The notes: a model not told the origin generated them from the sequence alone. A DNA stretch of 64,000 bases from Octopus sinensis (GCF_006345805.1 NC_042999.1:100316001-100380000); one strand, 5' to 3'. Shown: positions 1 to 14,500, numbered from the stretch's first letter. Program-made: numbers and translations.

Positions 1-490
1 CTATATTGTAAACAAGAAAGTATTTATTCTAATCACCAAACATACTGCTTGCCATTTTAATCAATTCAGAGGAATTTTATTGAGCAATTTCAGAATATGC
101 ATACATTAATATATGACAATACTCTGCTGCCATTTCTGATAAAAAGAAAACTCATATTTCAAAAATTAAACTATATTTTAAATAGCAAATTTTACAAATG
201 AATTGAAGCAGCAAAGTAATTATTTACTTCAGTGTATGAAAGCATATAAATACATATGTTTCAAACATAACTGACCATGCTGTAGGCAAAACAAATTTTG
301 GGTTTGTATAACCCACTACCTCGAAACTTCGGCAGATGAAGTGTACGGCAATGATTCTACGGGTTTCCAGCAGAGTGGTTCTCCTTGTGATTCCTTATGA
401 TTTGCTGCATGCAATTTAAAAATAGTAATAAACAAAATATAATGGTCATACACTAATTTGAAGCTGAACACCAGTGATGAAGAGATATAT

Positions 491-605
491 TTAATTAAAA
501 GCTAAAAGTAACAGGAAAATTATTACCGTATATAAAAATATAAATATATACATATATATATGTATATATATATAGAAAATTATTACCGTATATAAAAATA
601 TATAT

Positions 606-683
<78 letters not shown>

Positions 684-765
684 AATATATACACGTGTAT
701 GTATACATATATATACACGTATATGTAAACATATATATACACGTATATGTACACATATATACTTA

Positions 766-835
<70 letters not shown>

Positions 836-836
836 A
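491..836. repeat. Compound (TA)n/(TACA)n microsatellite, representative of dozens in the window
   Basis: Similar tracts at about 1937-2013, 7680-7950, 11630-12000, 12500-12710, 17500-17590, 28670-28830, 36230-37330 and 42220-43450; (TG)n at 29855-29940; (CT)n at 12897-12990; (GGCA/GACA/GATA)n at 53110-53298. Confidence 0.97.
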
Positions 837-1443
837 TGTAAATGCAAATGTATATGTTTTTAAGTCACTTAAAACATATTTACACTTGTTATTGCTGAAA
901 AATTAGGTTTTCGAATATAACATACCCAGAGAGATCAGTGAAGCAACGTTATGGAAGAAATATGCACCTAAAACTATTTGCCTACTTCTTTAAAGAATAT
1001 GTCAATGTTTCATGTAAACACTACAAAACTCAGTTATTTCGTGAAATATTCAATTTTATGTAATTTAGATAGTCACAAGAACAAATTCAATTTCGCTTAA
1101 AGTACTACAGATATTCCGAGGGAAATGTGTGCGCAAACTACTTACCTTAGCATTAAAGTGAATTAATTGCGAAGAATTAATAATTTCAGAATATTTGCTA
1201 TCCAATTGGAGTGAGAAAACCTAAACATTTAAAAATGGAAAATTTTGGCAAATTTAATATGGACAACAGACCAATCTATGAATATAGGTATATATCAATA
1301 TGAAATTTTCAGCTTTTATTCAAGTTCCACTCTCCTGTGTATGTAAGTATAATATTTAATTCTCTGAGTTTTATATTCAACTTAGTTATTTGTCTATAGA
1401 ATACTACACTGCTCATCTATCTCTCACAACATTGAATGAATGG

Positions 1444-1482
<39 letters not shown>

Positions 1483-1933
1483 ATTATGCATATTGAATTT
1501 ATGCACATATACATATTTTATTACAAATACACCAAACATTAATAGATCAATGAGATGCAACTTTTGTATAGCCGAATAAACTCATGTCCTTTAAAAAGAA
1601 TTCGCCCAATCTACCGAATTCTAAAATTTCCACAAAATGCAAGCATCATGATGAGGTTCTATTATCGAACTGGAGAACACCACCCCTTTCAGATTCAGTC
1701 ACACAAACTTTAACCCTTTTCCTCTCGAATTAATGCGATTCTTATCTCCCTTCCCTCATTTTCTCGTTTTTTTTTTACACTTTCCTCTCACGTTCCGTCA
1801 TGCTTTTTCTCAGACAGAAGTTATGTTTATTTTGAGCCAGCACGCTATACCCCTCCAACTATCAGAGCATGAAACTCATAGTAGCTCACATTTATATGTT
1901 TATTAAATGATACATGTATGTGTGTGTATGTGC

Positions 1934-2016
<83 letters not shown>

Positions 2017-2259
2017 GGGGTGTAAAGAATACAGGGAATCTCACTAGAAATAAAATTTAATGTCTATCAATCTGTAATCCTTTTTTCTCTTCTGTTCAGA
2101 TCGGAACATTGGGTACCCTATCGATTAGCCTGATATTTTCATAACCAGTGTTTTCAGGCCAGTTTCGGACACACCCTCAACGGCAGGGTTTCTAGTATGG
2201 ACCTATTCTTAATAGTAAAATGTTGTGGTATTGAATCCTTTTATTTTTTCATTTTTTGC

Positions 2260-2650
2260 AATCACAAATTGCATTGGTCATGTTATGACAATGAATGACA
2301 ACTGAATCCGAGAAACCTTCATATATAGCCAGCTCCCGATACAAGGAGAAGCATAGGAAGTCCATGGCTGAAGTACATGAACAAACACAAAATTAAACTG
2401 AAAGTGACAAAGATTCCCTCAGTAAATGATAAACCTGCACTGGAAAACAGTTAAAGGAAGTTAACTTTCTATAAAGCCATAAAAATTTATGAATTATGCC
2501 GTTTGGGTCATACTAAAAAGTTGAAAGTAAAGGCAGCGTCATGATCTAACATGGCAGTTGCTTTGTATAGTAATCTTCTCTCTTATGTCCAAACTGTGGG
2601 CTTGTCTGTAAATCGTTGGCTGGATTAAAGTCGTATAAAAGACATTTACA
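2260..2650 (+). mobile_element. RTE/BovB-like LINE 3' relic
   Basis: GHVMTMND, PWLKY and a terminal CPNCGLVCKSLAGLKSYKRH C2H2-like motif. Confidence 0.65.
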
Positions 2651-2994
2651 TCAGAATAAAAAAAAACGAAAAGACAAACTCATCAACTTATGAGAATCCA
2701 TTATATATATTTGAATAATGGCAAACACAACGTTTGAAACCTGTATGGGATGTTATGATATTTTTTCCGTCGATTGTTGTTAGATAAATACAATACTGTA
2801 CGACGATACTGCAAAAACTAACATCTCTGTTGATAGGCTGCTAGTATATAAACTGAGCTACTTAGGTTAGTGTTTTTTTTTTAAAATTTTAGTGGTCAAA
2901 GTTGTGGTATCGCTTTGGTGTAGTGATTATCACATGTATACAGCGGACCAGGCGTTCGAATACCACAGGTGATATTGCGACATTTTTCTGTCTT

Positions 2995-4194
2995 AGTCAT
3001 GGTTGTGTGGTTAAGGAGTTGACTTGTATGACTATATCGTTTCGGATTCAGTCCCACTGCACAGTACCTTTGGCAATCTTCTTGTACTACAGCCCAAGGC
3101 CGATCATTGCCTTGTAAACGAATTTGGTAGACTGAAGAAAGTGTGTGGAAGCCCGTCGTATACGTATTGTCTGTTTGTCACCCCAACACGATGAAAACCG
3201 GTGTTGGTTTGTTTCTATTCCCGTAACTCAGCAGTTTGGCAAAAGACGCCAATAGAATAAGTACCAAACTTAAAAGTAAGTACTGTCCTTGATATTTTCG
3301 ATTAAAACCCAAGAATTTCGTTAATAACCACTTCTCAAACTGATGTAAAAGCGGAAAATCTGTTTCTCAAGATGTGAACACAAATAATGTTTCCCATTTC
3401 GCTTCTTTGTTCTACTAAATATATAATACATATAAAGAAGTAGACGAGAGACAGAGAAATATATACCTATGTGTACACTATTTCAAATTTATGTATATAC
3501 ATGTTTTTGTGTACATATATACATATACACACACACACACACACACATACAATTATATATATTTAAATATATATATATCATATTATTATTATCATATATA
3601 CATACATACATACATTCATACATACATACACGCACATGTGTGTGTGCATGCGTGTGTATGCTTGTGGTCTTTGTGTTTGTGTGTATATGTGTGTGCGTGT
3701 ATGTGGATGTCTATAATGATTAATTAGCCTCGTAAGAAAAACTGTTAATTACAAAACCCAATTACTGTAATAGGCTCCAAGTTACTATAATTGATTACTG
3801 TAATAAATTCAGAAGAAATCATTATATCGCACTGCCCACTAACTACAAATGAATAATATTTATGAATTTTACATGATATCAATTAATAATAACAATCTAT
3901 TTATTCTATGTGAGAATATATTTCTACTCTTGCTAGAAAATAATTTAAAGGTTATAAACCATAGAGAGATCATGGAAGTCCAGTAATATATTCTTATGTA
4001 AAGATTAATGAATTCTTGTGTTCTAAGGAGTGTTATGTAATTTATTAACGAAATCACATATAGAAATACAAATATTAAACACTTACAAAGCTGTCTTTTC
4101 TAGCCTCAGATGTTAAATGTATCCACTAAGTGTTAAATACCCATGTATCATGAATTTAACGTGAAATATAGTGTTGCAAACAGCCATATATATA

Positions 4195-4227
<33 letters not shown>

Positions 4228-4594
4228 ATATATTCATTCACACCCATACAAACATTAAATTATTCATATGTTAATAATGCTCTGTTTCATTGCTATGATA
4301 TTATTTAGAACATTCCAACAAATTATTAGCCAACATGATGTTACCACGAATGTAAACATTACTTCCAATTACACAATATGCTAGCGGGGCGAGAAAAGAA
4401 CGAATAATTGTATATTCTACAAATTAACAGGCACAGGTGTGGTTGTGTGGTAAGAAGTTTGCTTGCCAACCACATGGCTCCGCGTTCAGTCCCACTGCAT
4501 AGCAGGTCGAGTAATTGTTTTGTACTATACCCACAGGCCGACCAAAACCTTGTGAGTGGATTTTTGTGGCGGAAACTGAAAGACGCTCGTCGTG

Positions 4595-4625
<31 letters not shown>

Positions 4626-4860
4626 TGTGTGTGTGTGTGTGTGCTTGCTTATGTTCGGACATTTCCCCACCAGCACTACTTGACAACTTTTTTCCCGTCC
4701 CTGTAACTTAGTTATTCGACAAAGAGAGAACTATAGAATAAATACCAGGCTTAAAATCATAAGCACTGAGCTCGATTTGTTCGACTCAGGCTCTCAAGGT
4801 TGTGCCGCAGCAGGGCTATTCACCGACGACTGAAACATGTATAAAAGATGAAAGATATTT
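2995..4860 (+). mobile_element. Two family 2 SINE copies (about 2995-3310 and 4430-4860)
   Basis: ggttgtgtggt(t)aag...ttcagtcccactgca...gaataa(g/a)tacca blocks. Confidence 0.8.
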
Positions 4861-5169
4861 CAATTCTATTTAGAATTTCCTCAGCAGCCTTGCACTTTCC
4901 ATCAGCGTTCCTATATAATTAATGAAGGTGTACAGTAACTGAGGAGACCGCAGTGTGCTGGATATACAGCTGTTTATTTTTCAGTTCGCTAGCATATTGG
5001 GCACATAGAGGTCATGTTTGCAGTCGTTGTAATGAAACGAAACAGTGTTAGCACATCAATAATGAAACGAAACAGTGTTAGCATACCGATAATTTAATGT
5101 ACGTATCGATATGCATTTATGCATATAAATAGACAGGAACGAACAAATAATATGAAACGTCTGCTATAC

Positions 5170-5363
5170 CCTGCGTATCAACTGTGATCATTCTGGTTTA
5201 TCCTGTGTATCAACTGTGATCGTTCTGGTTTATCCTGCGTATCAACTGTGATCATTCTGGTTTATCCTGCGTATCAACTGTGATCATTCTGGTTTATCCT
5301 GCTTATCAACTGTGATCATTCTGGTTTATCCTGCGTATCAACTGTGATTATTCTGGCTTTATC
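5170..5363. repeat. 32-bp minisatellite, about 6 copies
   Basis: Unit TATCCTGCGTATCAACTGTGATCATTCTGGTT; TTCTGG recurs at 5191, 5223, 5255, 5287, 5319 and 5351. Confidence 0.95.
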
Positions 5364-5449
5364 GTATCATCCGATAATTTTGAAGTTCTCTGTACCTTGA
5401 GAATCTCAGTAGCAATAAAGACATAAGCGCCGACGAAGTGAACAATATT

Positions 5450-6290
5450 TTAACATCAGCCATCACAAAAGCCGCAGAGGAAACAATTGGAAAATGCAAA
5501 TCAAATAGTAAAAATCACAGTGGGATTCAGAAGCCATATTGAAACTGATAGATAATCACAATAAGCTGAAGATGAAATACCTCAAACAGAATGAATCTCA
5601 TAGAGACGCCATCACTGCCGATCATTTAGTCAATGAATCAAGACAGAGAATGACGCATAGTAAGCACCTGCAAGAGAATTGAATCCTTTAATATAACCCG
5701 CCTACACCAAGAAGCTTACAGAGCGGTGAAGATGCTGAAGAAAGGAAACCGACAGCATGGTATGCTACAAGTTTGTGATGAGTGCGGAAATCCCTTCAAT
5801 TGCGAGAGGCTTGAAGCATAGAACAAATACTTAGCAAAGTTGTTATCGTGTAAGGGAGCGCAATCCTAAGAGTTATCACATTGCGACTTAGAATACAACA
5901 ATGCACACGGAGTGGTCATCGAAAATTTCGAGACGTTTGGACTGCTTGTGATTCTCAAGGAGACATGAAAGGACAAAACAGCTGATAACTCAGTCTAGTA
6001 AACGAATCGCTCAAATATAAAGAAGCACCTCAAGCAGTATTCATTCACATGTGCAACAAGGGTTTTTTAACATGTGTGCCGCCTAGTGAATGGAGGGCAT
6101 CAGTCGTAGTAACACTACCAAAGAAAGGTGATCTGCGACAGATGTCCAACTATCGAAGAATAAGTTTCATGATTCATGGTGCAAGGCTCTTTAATAGGCT
6201 TCTGTTAAATTGCAAACGTGCAAAGATAGATAAAGATATAAGTGCCTACCAGAGTGGCTTTAGAAGGAACCGTAGTTGCATTGAATAAAT
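5450..6290 (+). mobile_element. LINE ORF2 relic (RT N-terminal region, RTE-like)
   Basis: LPKKGDLRQMSNYRRISFM...YQSGFRRNRSCIE. Confidence 0.8.
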
Positions 6291-6499
6291 AAATTCACAC
6301 GTTGAAGAGCGTACTGGAGACCTGCTTTGAGTGGTATTTCCTTATAGTTGAGCTGTTCGTACGTGTGCGTGTGTGTGTGTGCGTGTACTTGTGGGGGAGG
6401 GGGTAAATATATAAGCATATGTGTATGTATGTACACAGTTAAAAGTGAATGTTGTATATGCATAAAACAACTAACATTAACCAAAAATTATTAATGCAT

Positions 6500-7600
6500 G
6501 TGTGACCCCCAAAAGTGTATGTGCACTTTAACTCACTTAATTTTCATTGCATTTTAGATTTATTACCCCATTGTAAATAATGAAATGAGTACAGAATAAG
6601 CTTTGGACAAAGTGTATTTATTTGAAAGTGTTATTGAAAGTTTAATAACGTAGTCGAATTGCTTAACAGGAGGAAATTTGAATCAGATTACCATCACTCG
6701 AATTAGAGATGCGTTTGAAGCAAATGGAACTGTTCGATATGTCTACAAGAAACGTTTCAGAAAACCGATGGCATCGATGGACCTCCAAAAGGAAGAAACG
6801 GTATTGGAATCGTGTTGACAGAATTCAAGAAAATCTGTGCAGCAAACGAGTTGTGAGATCAAAATTTCAAGATCAGATGTCCGTTGTAATTTTAAGCTGT
6901 CATTGTAAAAGCTATATTCCCAGAATAATCCATGCTCCGAAGAAAGATGAACCGGACCGAAGAGTAACGTTTTGCGAGAGGTGCTTGGCAACATGAGTAG
7001 AAGATACACATTTTCGAACAAGGATTGCTTGGAGTGATTATATTACGTTCGCATTTAAAAGTTCAAATAACTGCAGCAATTGCACCAACTGAGAATTTAT
7101 ATGTTACGGAGGAAGATCACGTTCATTTCCCAAGAGTTACAGTACAGTGCGGCTTATTATCAACAGATTTAACTGGGTTATTCCTGACGTTACTCTGCTT
7201 GGTCTCATTTACTTGAAATTGCTGAGACAATCTTTCATACCAAGTATGCAAGAGGACTTTGAAGGTGTGGAGTTTATTTCCTCCAAAATGGGACGTTCCC
7301 ACAATACCATAAGGGCCAACGTCGATGAGATTTTGCCAAAAAGAGCTGCATTGAGGAATAGGTTCACTAGAATACCCTCCGTGTTCACAGGACCTCACAG
7401 CACTAATATTATTTATATAGGAAAGCCAAAAAGTTTAATTTTCTCGAATAAAACTAACAACAGTCAACGACGTGAAGCAGCCATTCAACGAGAATGCGCA
7501 CAAATATCGAAAGAAATATCTCCTTATGTTTGCGATTCCAATGTTTTGGGTTACCATTAGAGCCTAAACCAGAACGATCATTAGTTTAACAACAGGTAGT
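6500..7600 (+). mobile_element. Decayed Tc1/mariner (Tc3-like) transposase
   Basis: Fragments RIRDAFEANGTV, HVHFPRVTV.CGL, EYPPCSQDLT and AAIQRECAQI match the Tc3-like motif order. Confidence 0.75.
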
Positions 7601-7811
7601 CATAGAAAATTTAATAATGCCAGTAGATTCTACTAAATTTTGAAAATATATTCAGTTTTGTATATCCTATGTATGGACATATATATATATATATATATAT
7701 ATTATTATATATATATTATATATATAATATATATATAATATATATATATATATAATATTAATTAGAGACAAAACCACTATTATGCAAATAATATATATAT
7801 ATATATATCAT

Positions 7812-7842
<31 letters not shown>

Positions 7843-7912
7843 TTATGTATTTATGTATGTATGTATGTAATTATCTGTCTATCTATATGATGCACGTACA
7901 AGTAAAGACACT

Positions 7913-7958
<46 letters not shown>

Positions 7959-8461
7959 TGTGTGTCTTTGCTTGTACGTGCATTATATAGATACATACAT
8001 ACATACAAACATATGGGGTGTACAGGTTTTCGTGTAGGTTGTAAATACATGCATACACTTAATTAACATGCATTATCACTGCTGTATAATTACACTATGC
8101 AGTTACATCGCAGAACGAGCCGAAAATTACACAATCAACTACACCTGGACATTACAGTTTCATCAAGACTTCAGTTCCTCTCTCTCTCTTTCTCTCTCTC
8201 TCTCTCGAGAGAGAGAGAGAGAGAGAGAAGAGTGGTAGAGTGACTTGCAACTACTTATGAAAATGCACAGATTCCACTCATTTGCATATCAGTAAAATCA
8301 TTTGGCGACGCATATTAATTGGTCAGAGAGAGACTTGTGGTTTAACAACAGGGTATACTTGCACAACATGGCTGAATGCAATATATGCATATAAATATAC
8401 TTACAAAGTATAGAAACGTTCATGTAGCACACAGACACACACGATAGTGTGTGTATGTGCA

Positions 8462-8501
<40 letters not shown>

Positions 8502-9049
8502 TGTGTGTGTGTGTGTATGTACTTATGTGCATCAATCAACATAAATATCTATAAATATATTAGTATTTATGAGTGTACAGTTGAGTATGTCTGCATGTAC
8601 ACGCTTGCTAGTGAATTTCCAAACATTGATTAAAATGCACACACATTAACATATAATCATTCATATAAGTACGACTATGTGTGATTTGTTTAACGATAGA
8701 CTTTTGCCCTCTGCAAATCAAACGTAAAAGAGACGATAACATACATGAGTCCATTTCTTACTCAATATTTTACATCTTTGACTGTTCAAACACTGTTTAA
8801 TAAAGCCAACATATATTTGCTTGCTGTGTGTGTATGTGTCTACATATATAGGTGTGTGTATGTGTTTGTTTGTGTGTGTGTGTGTGCGTGTGTGGTCACA
8901 GACTGCGAGAAGTATTTGAGGACATATTTCATGCTAAAACAATCCTAATCTAACAAAACCGAATGTATTTTAATAAAAATTTGTGAACATGTTCACCATA
9001 AGGTTTCTTATAAGATTATCCTATAAATCCACCTTCAGCTTAGATAGTT

Positions 9050-10050
9050 GCTTCAGTGCAGGACCGGAATCATTGACATACCTGCATTAAATTGAACAGG
9101 TAATGTCCTTTTGGACATTACCTGTTCAATGTTGACTTTCGGTGACACTATGCTGTCGTGAGGATATCAATTTGTCTCCTTTTCAACAAGGCGCCGAAAG
9201 TAATTATGCACGGAGTGAAATCTGTCAAGTTTGGCAGCCATACATTTGGTGTTATATGATCCTAAAGAGTGTCTGACATCCATTGTTGGCTTACATAAGT
9301 TTTGTAAGAAAAAGCTGAGTCTTGTTGAATCATATATGGATTCCTACTGCGTACTTCATCCATCCAGCGCTTAACAGCTGACCTCAACGCTCATAGCAGC
9401 ACTAATTCTAAGACCCTGTGGGAAGATGTAAGGTGGTTTGAGATGACCTTCGTTACTCACAACTCCTAAAACCATCATAGTTGCTGGATCCTTCGAGTAC
9501 ATAACTCTGGTAACATCAGAGGATCTGCACAGAACCATCTGACATTTCTCCTAATAGACATCTGGAATTAGTTTCTGTTCATCAGGAAATAACCAAAATA
9601 TGCCAAATTCGTAAGGGTTTTCACCCTGTTAAGTAACAGCGGACCAAACAGTCTTCTTGTGTCTTTACAGACATGAATTGGATTCTCCTCAGTACATACA
9701 ATATGTATCGTGTGTTCTCGTGCACCACAGTTTTATATTCCACTCCGACATTCGAAGATTTTGGCGATGGCCGTTATGAATTTCCCGGCACCGTCATCGA
9801 CAATGTTTTGAACCCGTTGGATGATTTGCGGTGTCATTATAGTATCCAAACATTTAGAATAAATTATTTTCTTCTCTACAGTAGAAACATTACTGCCAGT
9901 ATCTCACAATTCCATTCGAACGGTATTGCAACGCGAAAGATATTGCTGCAGTTCGGAAGTTGCCAATTTTTAAGTCTCTGTTTTCGTACGTATGGAAGCA
10001 ATGATACCATGTCATTTCATTTCATATCTGCCAGAAGGAAACCTTTTAAA
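9050..10050 (-). mobile_element. Decayed Tc1/mariner-superfamily transposase
   Basis: Minus strand KDPATMMVLGVVSNEGHLKPPYIFPQGLRI, QQDSA-like and WLPN-like motifs. Confidence 0.78.
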
Positions 10051-10939
10051 CTATGAAGAAGAAAAAGCATTTTAATTGGCTTGAAGAGGGCAATATATTG
10101 ATAATGAAGCTTCTTAAGTACACCTCACACACTGTATACGCACACACACACACACCCCCCACACACACAAACACACACACACACACATATATAGTCTACA
10201 GATGAGATCCAGAAATTATCCGTATAGACAACATTTAGTAGTGCTCAAAACATGAAAACTTAGACTCTGATGTGTTTGCAGGTGATCGAGTTTACAAGGT
10301 AAAGAAAGTCTATAAGAGGGAACAAGTTGAGCAGGTTTAGAGGCAATTATGCGGATAAACAAATTAGATGCATAAAATATATTATATATATTGAATATAA
10401 TAGTTTAGGTGTGAAATACAAAATATGTATATATGTATACATGCAAAACGGGAGAAAGCAAAATGTGGAGACTTTCAGATGATTAATTTTTAGGTGTATA
10501 TATATATATATATATTAATAGGTTCAACTTACAAATAGTACAAACCACAAAGAAAATTAAAGGGGTGAAAGATAAGTATCATAAGTCCGAAAGCTATTTC
10601 TGGGGACTCATAGATCCATGATGATGTTGGTAGAAGTAGTTCATCACAATGTGCAGCCGTATGAATGCAATAAACATTGGATAAGATGAGCTTCCGTCAT
10701 CAGGGTAGAGAAGATCTCACATTTCAGATGCAGAAGTTCAAAGATGAAACTTTGAACTTCTATATATGTATGTATGAATATGTATATATATGTGTTAGTG
10801 TGTATGTGTGTGTGTGTGGAGTGTTTATGTGTGTGTCTGTGTGTGTGTATAGAAAACACACATACGTTTGTATTAGTCCAGTGGCTCCTCTAATATGTGG
10901 CATTTGGTGAATAAGGGAGTTTGATGTCGCTACCCTCAT

Positions 10940-11620
10940 TTTCACCTCTAACCGCAGGTAGATTCATCTGGGACTCTCGACCGGAAGAGGTCCAGTTTTG
11001 ATTTGAAAACACCTACGTCCACTTTGTGTAGGTCCCTCAGGCTCTTTGGGAAAATATTAAAAAGTTGTGAGCCCCTGAAACACAGGCTGTTGTAGTAACT
11101 GGTCCTGAAGGGTGATAGCATTGCTGAGATCTTTCGCACTGTGCAGTGTCGACTCGTTCTGACATTGATGTAGCTTTCAATGCCAAAATTTGGCACAATT
11201 CCTGCAACAAGACGATCTTCTTTGTGAAGCTTCGCTGGGTTGCTTAAAGATCCGCTGTTAATTTTACACTCTTGGGTGACCATAGCTGGTAGCAGTAGTC
11301 CAAGCGGCTAAGGACGAATGTCCTCGAGAGGTTTCCTTCTCTCTGGTTCTGAACGATCTCAGGATCTATCAAACCAATCGTCTACACTTTGTGGCCATCT
11401 TGGTAACGTGCACTTGGAAAGAGGTATCAACACTCATGTCGGTACCTAGGTCCGTCACTGATTTAGGCTCTGGGGTTGTAATCCACTTTTTGGACGCTGG
11501 TAGTGCAGGACTTCGAAGTTTTTAGCATTAAACTACATATTATTGTCCTCAGCCCATCTTTAAATTGAGTCCAACTCCTGCTGCGGGTATGCAACATCGC
11601 TGGGGTTCTGTATTTTCTGC
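10940..11620 (-). mobile_element. CR1/L2-type LINE 3' fragment
   Basis: FNAKNFEVLHY; C-terminal SLCFRGSQLFNIFPKSLRDL..VGVFKSKLDLF..VPDE. Confidence 0.8.
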
Positions 11621-11638
11621 GAGACTTTCGTATGTGTG

Positions 11639-11701
<63 letters not shown>

Positions 11702-12249
11702 ATGCATATATATGTATGTATGTATATGTATATGTATGTATATGCACATGTATGTATATGCACATGTATGTATGTATATGCATATATATATGTATGTATA
11801 TATATATATATCACGTGATCACGTAACCGACCAGACCATCAGATGTTGTTACACATCGCTGGTCACAATGCGTTCGCATTGCTTTAGCCTTCGAATGACG
11901 CCACCCCGCTGGCTAAGCGAGCAGGCCATATATACATATATGTGTATTTATATATATGTAAATATTTATATATATAATAATATATATATATATATATATA
12001 TTCATTTTTAGCGACGGAAAGAGTATTAGTACCGAGCAGCAATCTGTATATTCTATTCACTGTAGATATACGTAGGAATTCCACATACTGCGGTATACAT
12101 CTTGAGATAGCAGCTCGTGCAGGGTAACAATAGCAGGGTAACAATAGCAGACTTTACAGGATATTTATCTTCTACGGGTGATACTTCTGTGTTTTTTTAG
12201 CACTATACGTTTACATAGAAAATGTAAACAATGCTGTGTGAGTGGACAT

Positions 12250-12313
<64 letters not shown>

Positions 12314-12507
12314 GTGTGTGTGTATGTGTGTGATGTGTTTATGTGTGTGCATGTGTGCATGCGTGCGTGAGTATTATGTTATTGCATATGTAAATGTTCG
12401 AATTATGGATTTGAGACTTTAGCACAACACAGAGACACACACTCGCACATATAAATACGTGCACGCGAACATATATATATAATTGTTTCTACTATAAGCA
12501 TAAGGCC

Positions 12508-12558
<51 letters not shown>

Positions 12559-12577
12559 GCGTACGTTTGTATGGTTA

Positions 12578-12670
<93 letters not shown>

Positions 12671-12906
12671 TGTATGTATGTATGTATGTATGCATGTATG
12701 TATATGTGTGTGTAATAAGGCGGTTACCACGCCGCGCGAAATGTTTAACGTTATTTCGTCTGCCGCAACAATCTGAGTTCAAATTCCACCGAAGTCGACT
12801 TTACTTTTCATGCCTTGTGTCTATAGTAGAAAGGATTATTTATATATATAATACATGTATCGAGCATATACTAAATATGCATATTATTTACCCCACCCTC
12901 TCTCTA

Positions 12907-12991
<85 letters not shown>

Positions 12992-13854
12992 GTGTGTGGA
13001 AGTGTGTCTTCACGTGTGCAACTATAAATGTAACAAAATATCTCATTTGAAAGTGCAGCAAATAGCAAAAACACGAACATTCCTGCTTGCGATCAGAGAT
13101 TAACGGAAGAAGTATTTCTACCTTCATCTCTACTTTTACCGCTAATGCTGCCTCCACTCACGCCATCTTTACTATCAACACTACCATCAGTAGTACCGAC
13201 AACTACACGAACAGCACCAACACCAACGCCACTACCACCAACACCAGCAACCTCACCAGCAGCGACGCTTACTTCTAGGAGCATCAGATAATTTGTCAGC
13301 CTTAATGTTACACAGGATTTTTCTCATCTTTGTTAGTAGCCAAGAGGCGTCCTTTAATTAGACCTAATCTGTGTGATAAAAAGACAAAATGTTTAAAAAC
13401 AAAACAGAGATGCAAGATAAATAGAAAATGTCTTGAGGGATATTGCAAGGTCGACTTTACTGACACATCAGTTGGATGAGACGTTCTTACACTTCGCAAT
13501 TGCAGCTTGAAATGTCTTTTTCGGGATTTTTTTTCTTTAAATTCTGGAAGAACATGCGGAGAATTGAGAAATCCATGTTTTAACTGACAAACTGAAGGCC
13601 TAGTGATGAATAACACATGATATTACCAAGAATTTGGTACAAAGAAATTTAGTTTTCAGTAGCACAACAATGATAATGATAATAACAATGCTATGAAGGA
13701 GGAGGAGGATCATTTCTGTATTGCCTTTAAGGACCTGTGACATGCAGGTAAACCACTTTATATGTAAAAAAAAAAACGGTGATAGACAAACACGTTTGAG
13801 GTGTACATATAAAATTAAACAGATGAGAGGTTAAAATATAATTAGCTTGCTACT

Positions 13855-14500
13855 TTTGTAGACATCCGAATCCGAGTCCTTGCAGAGAATACCGTCATGC
13901 ATACTTCCGACTAACTCGCTGAATAGTGCTAGTGTACTCAACTAGTAGACGAGTAGGAAAGGCTGTTAGCATTCCAGATGCTAGTTGCCCAGTTTTGGTA
14001 GACGTTTGACGAGGACTACAATTCCAGCAGAGAGAAAAGCATTGGGAGAACATTCTTCATAAACAGCGATCACACCTGCTCACTGTCTACGAAGTTTTGC
14101 AGAGGTAGCAGCCTCTGCGCTTTTCTGGAAACATCTGTAAGGGATCGCACAGGTTTACGCGAGTTAGTTTAGGCTATCACTATAATCATCAACTTCTTTG
14201 TGAATGTGTTGAATAAAACCTTTGACCTTGCGTTTGGCAGAGTTATGCGCTTAAAATTGTCTAAAACGTCTCGAGTAATTTCATCGCTGCCGATTCACAC
14301 AGCTGGGAATTCTCCAACCTCATAATGGTTGTGATAGATTTCTGCCAAGAGAATAGCAAATATATTAGACATGTAACGATAAAACTCGTAGAGCAGATCC
14401 TCCATTCAGAGCGATTTCCACTCACTCAGTTATTCAATACCTTGCGGATCTCAAATGCCATTACCAGTTTGTTGCACCTCTTAACTCTTTTGGCGAGATA
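13855..14500 (-). mobile_element. L1/Tx1-type LINE RT relic
   Basis: LYEFYRYMSNIFAILLAEIY and downstream NF.RITL.N / AF..V.H-like segments, frameshifted. Confidence 0.6.

Noticed and set aside
2152-2195. Hammerhead-like remnant on the minus strand (CCGTTGA-GGGTGTGTCC-GAAAC)
   Set aside because: Two core mismatches, no U16.1 and no stem I.
5170-5363. 32-bp repeat as a CRISPR array
   Set aside because: Head-to-tail units with no spacers, no cas genes, eukaryotic context.
13087-13278. Thr/Pro-rich mucin-like ORF
   Set aside because: Degenerate trinucleotide repeat open in several frames, with no convincing splice sites.
13588-13720. SECIS element for the TGA at 13477
   Set aside because: ATGA and a small hairpin are present, but there is no matching GA quartet on the 3' side.
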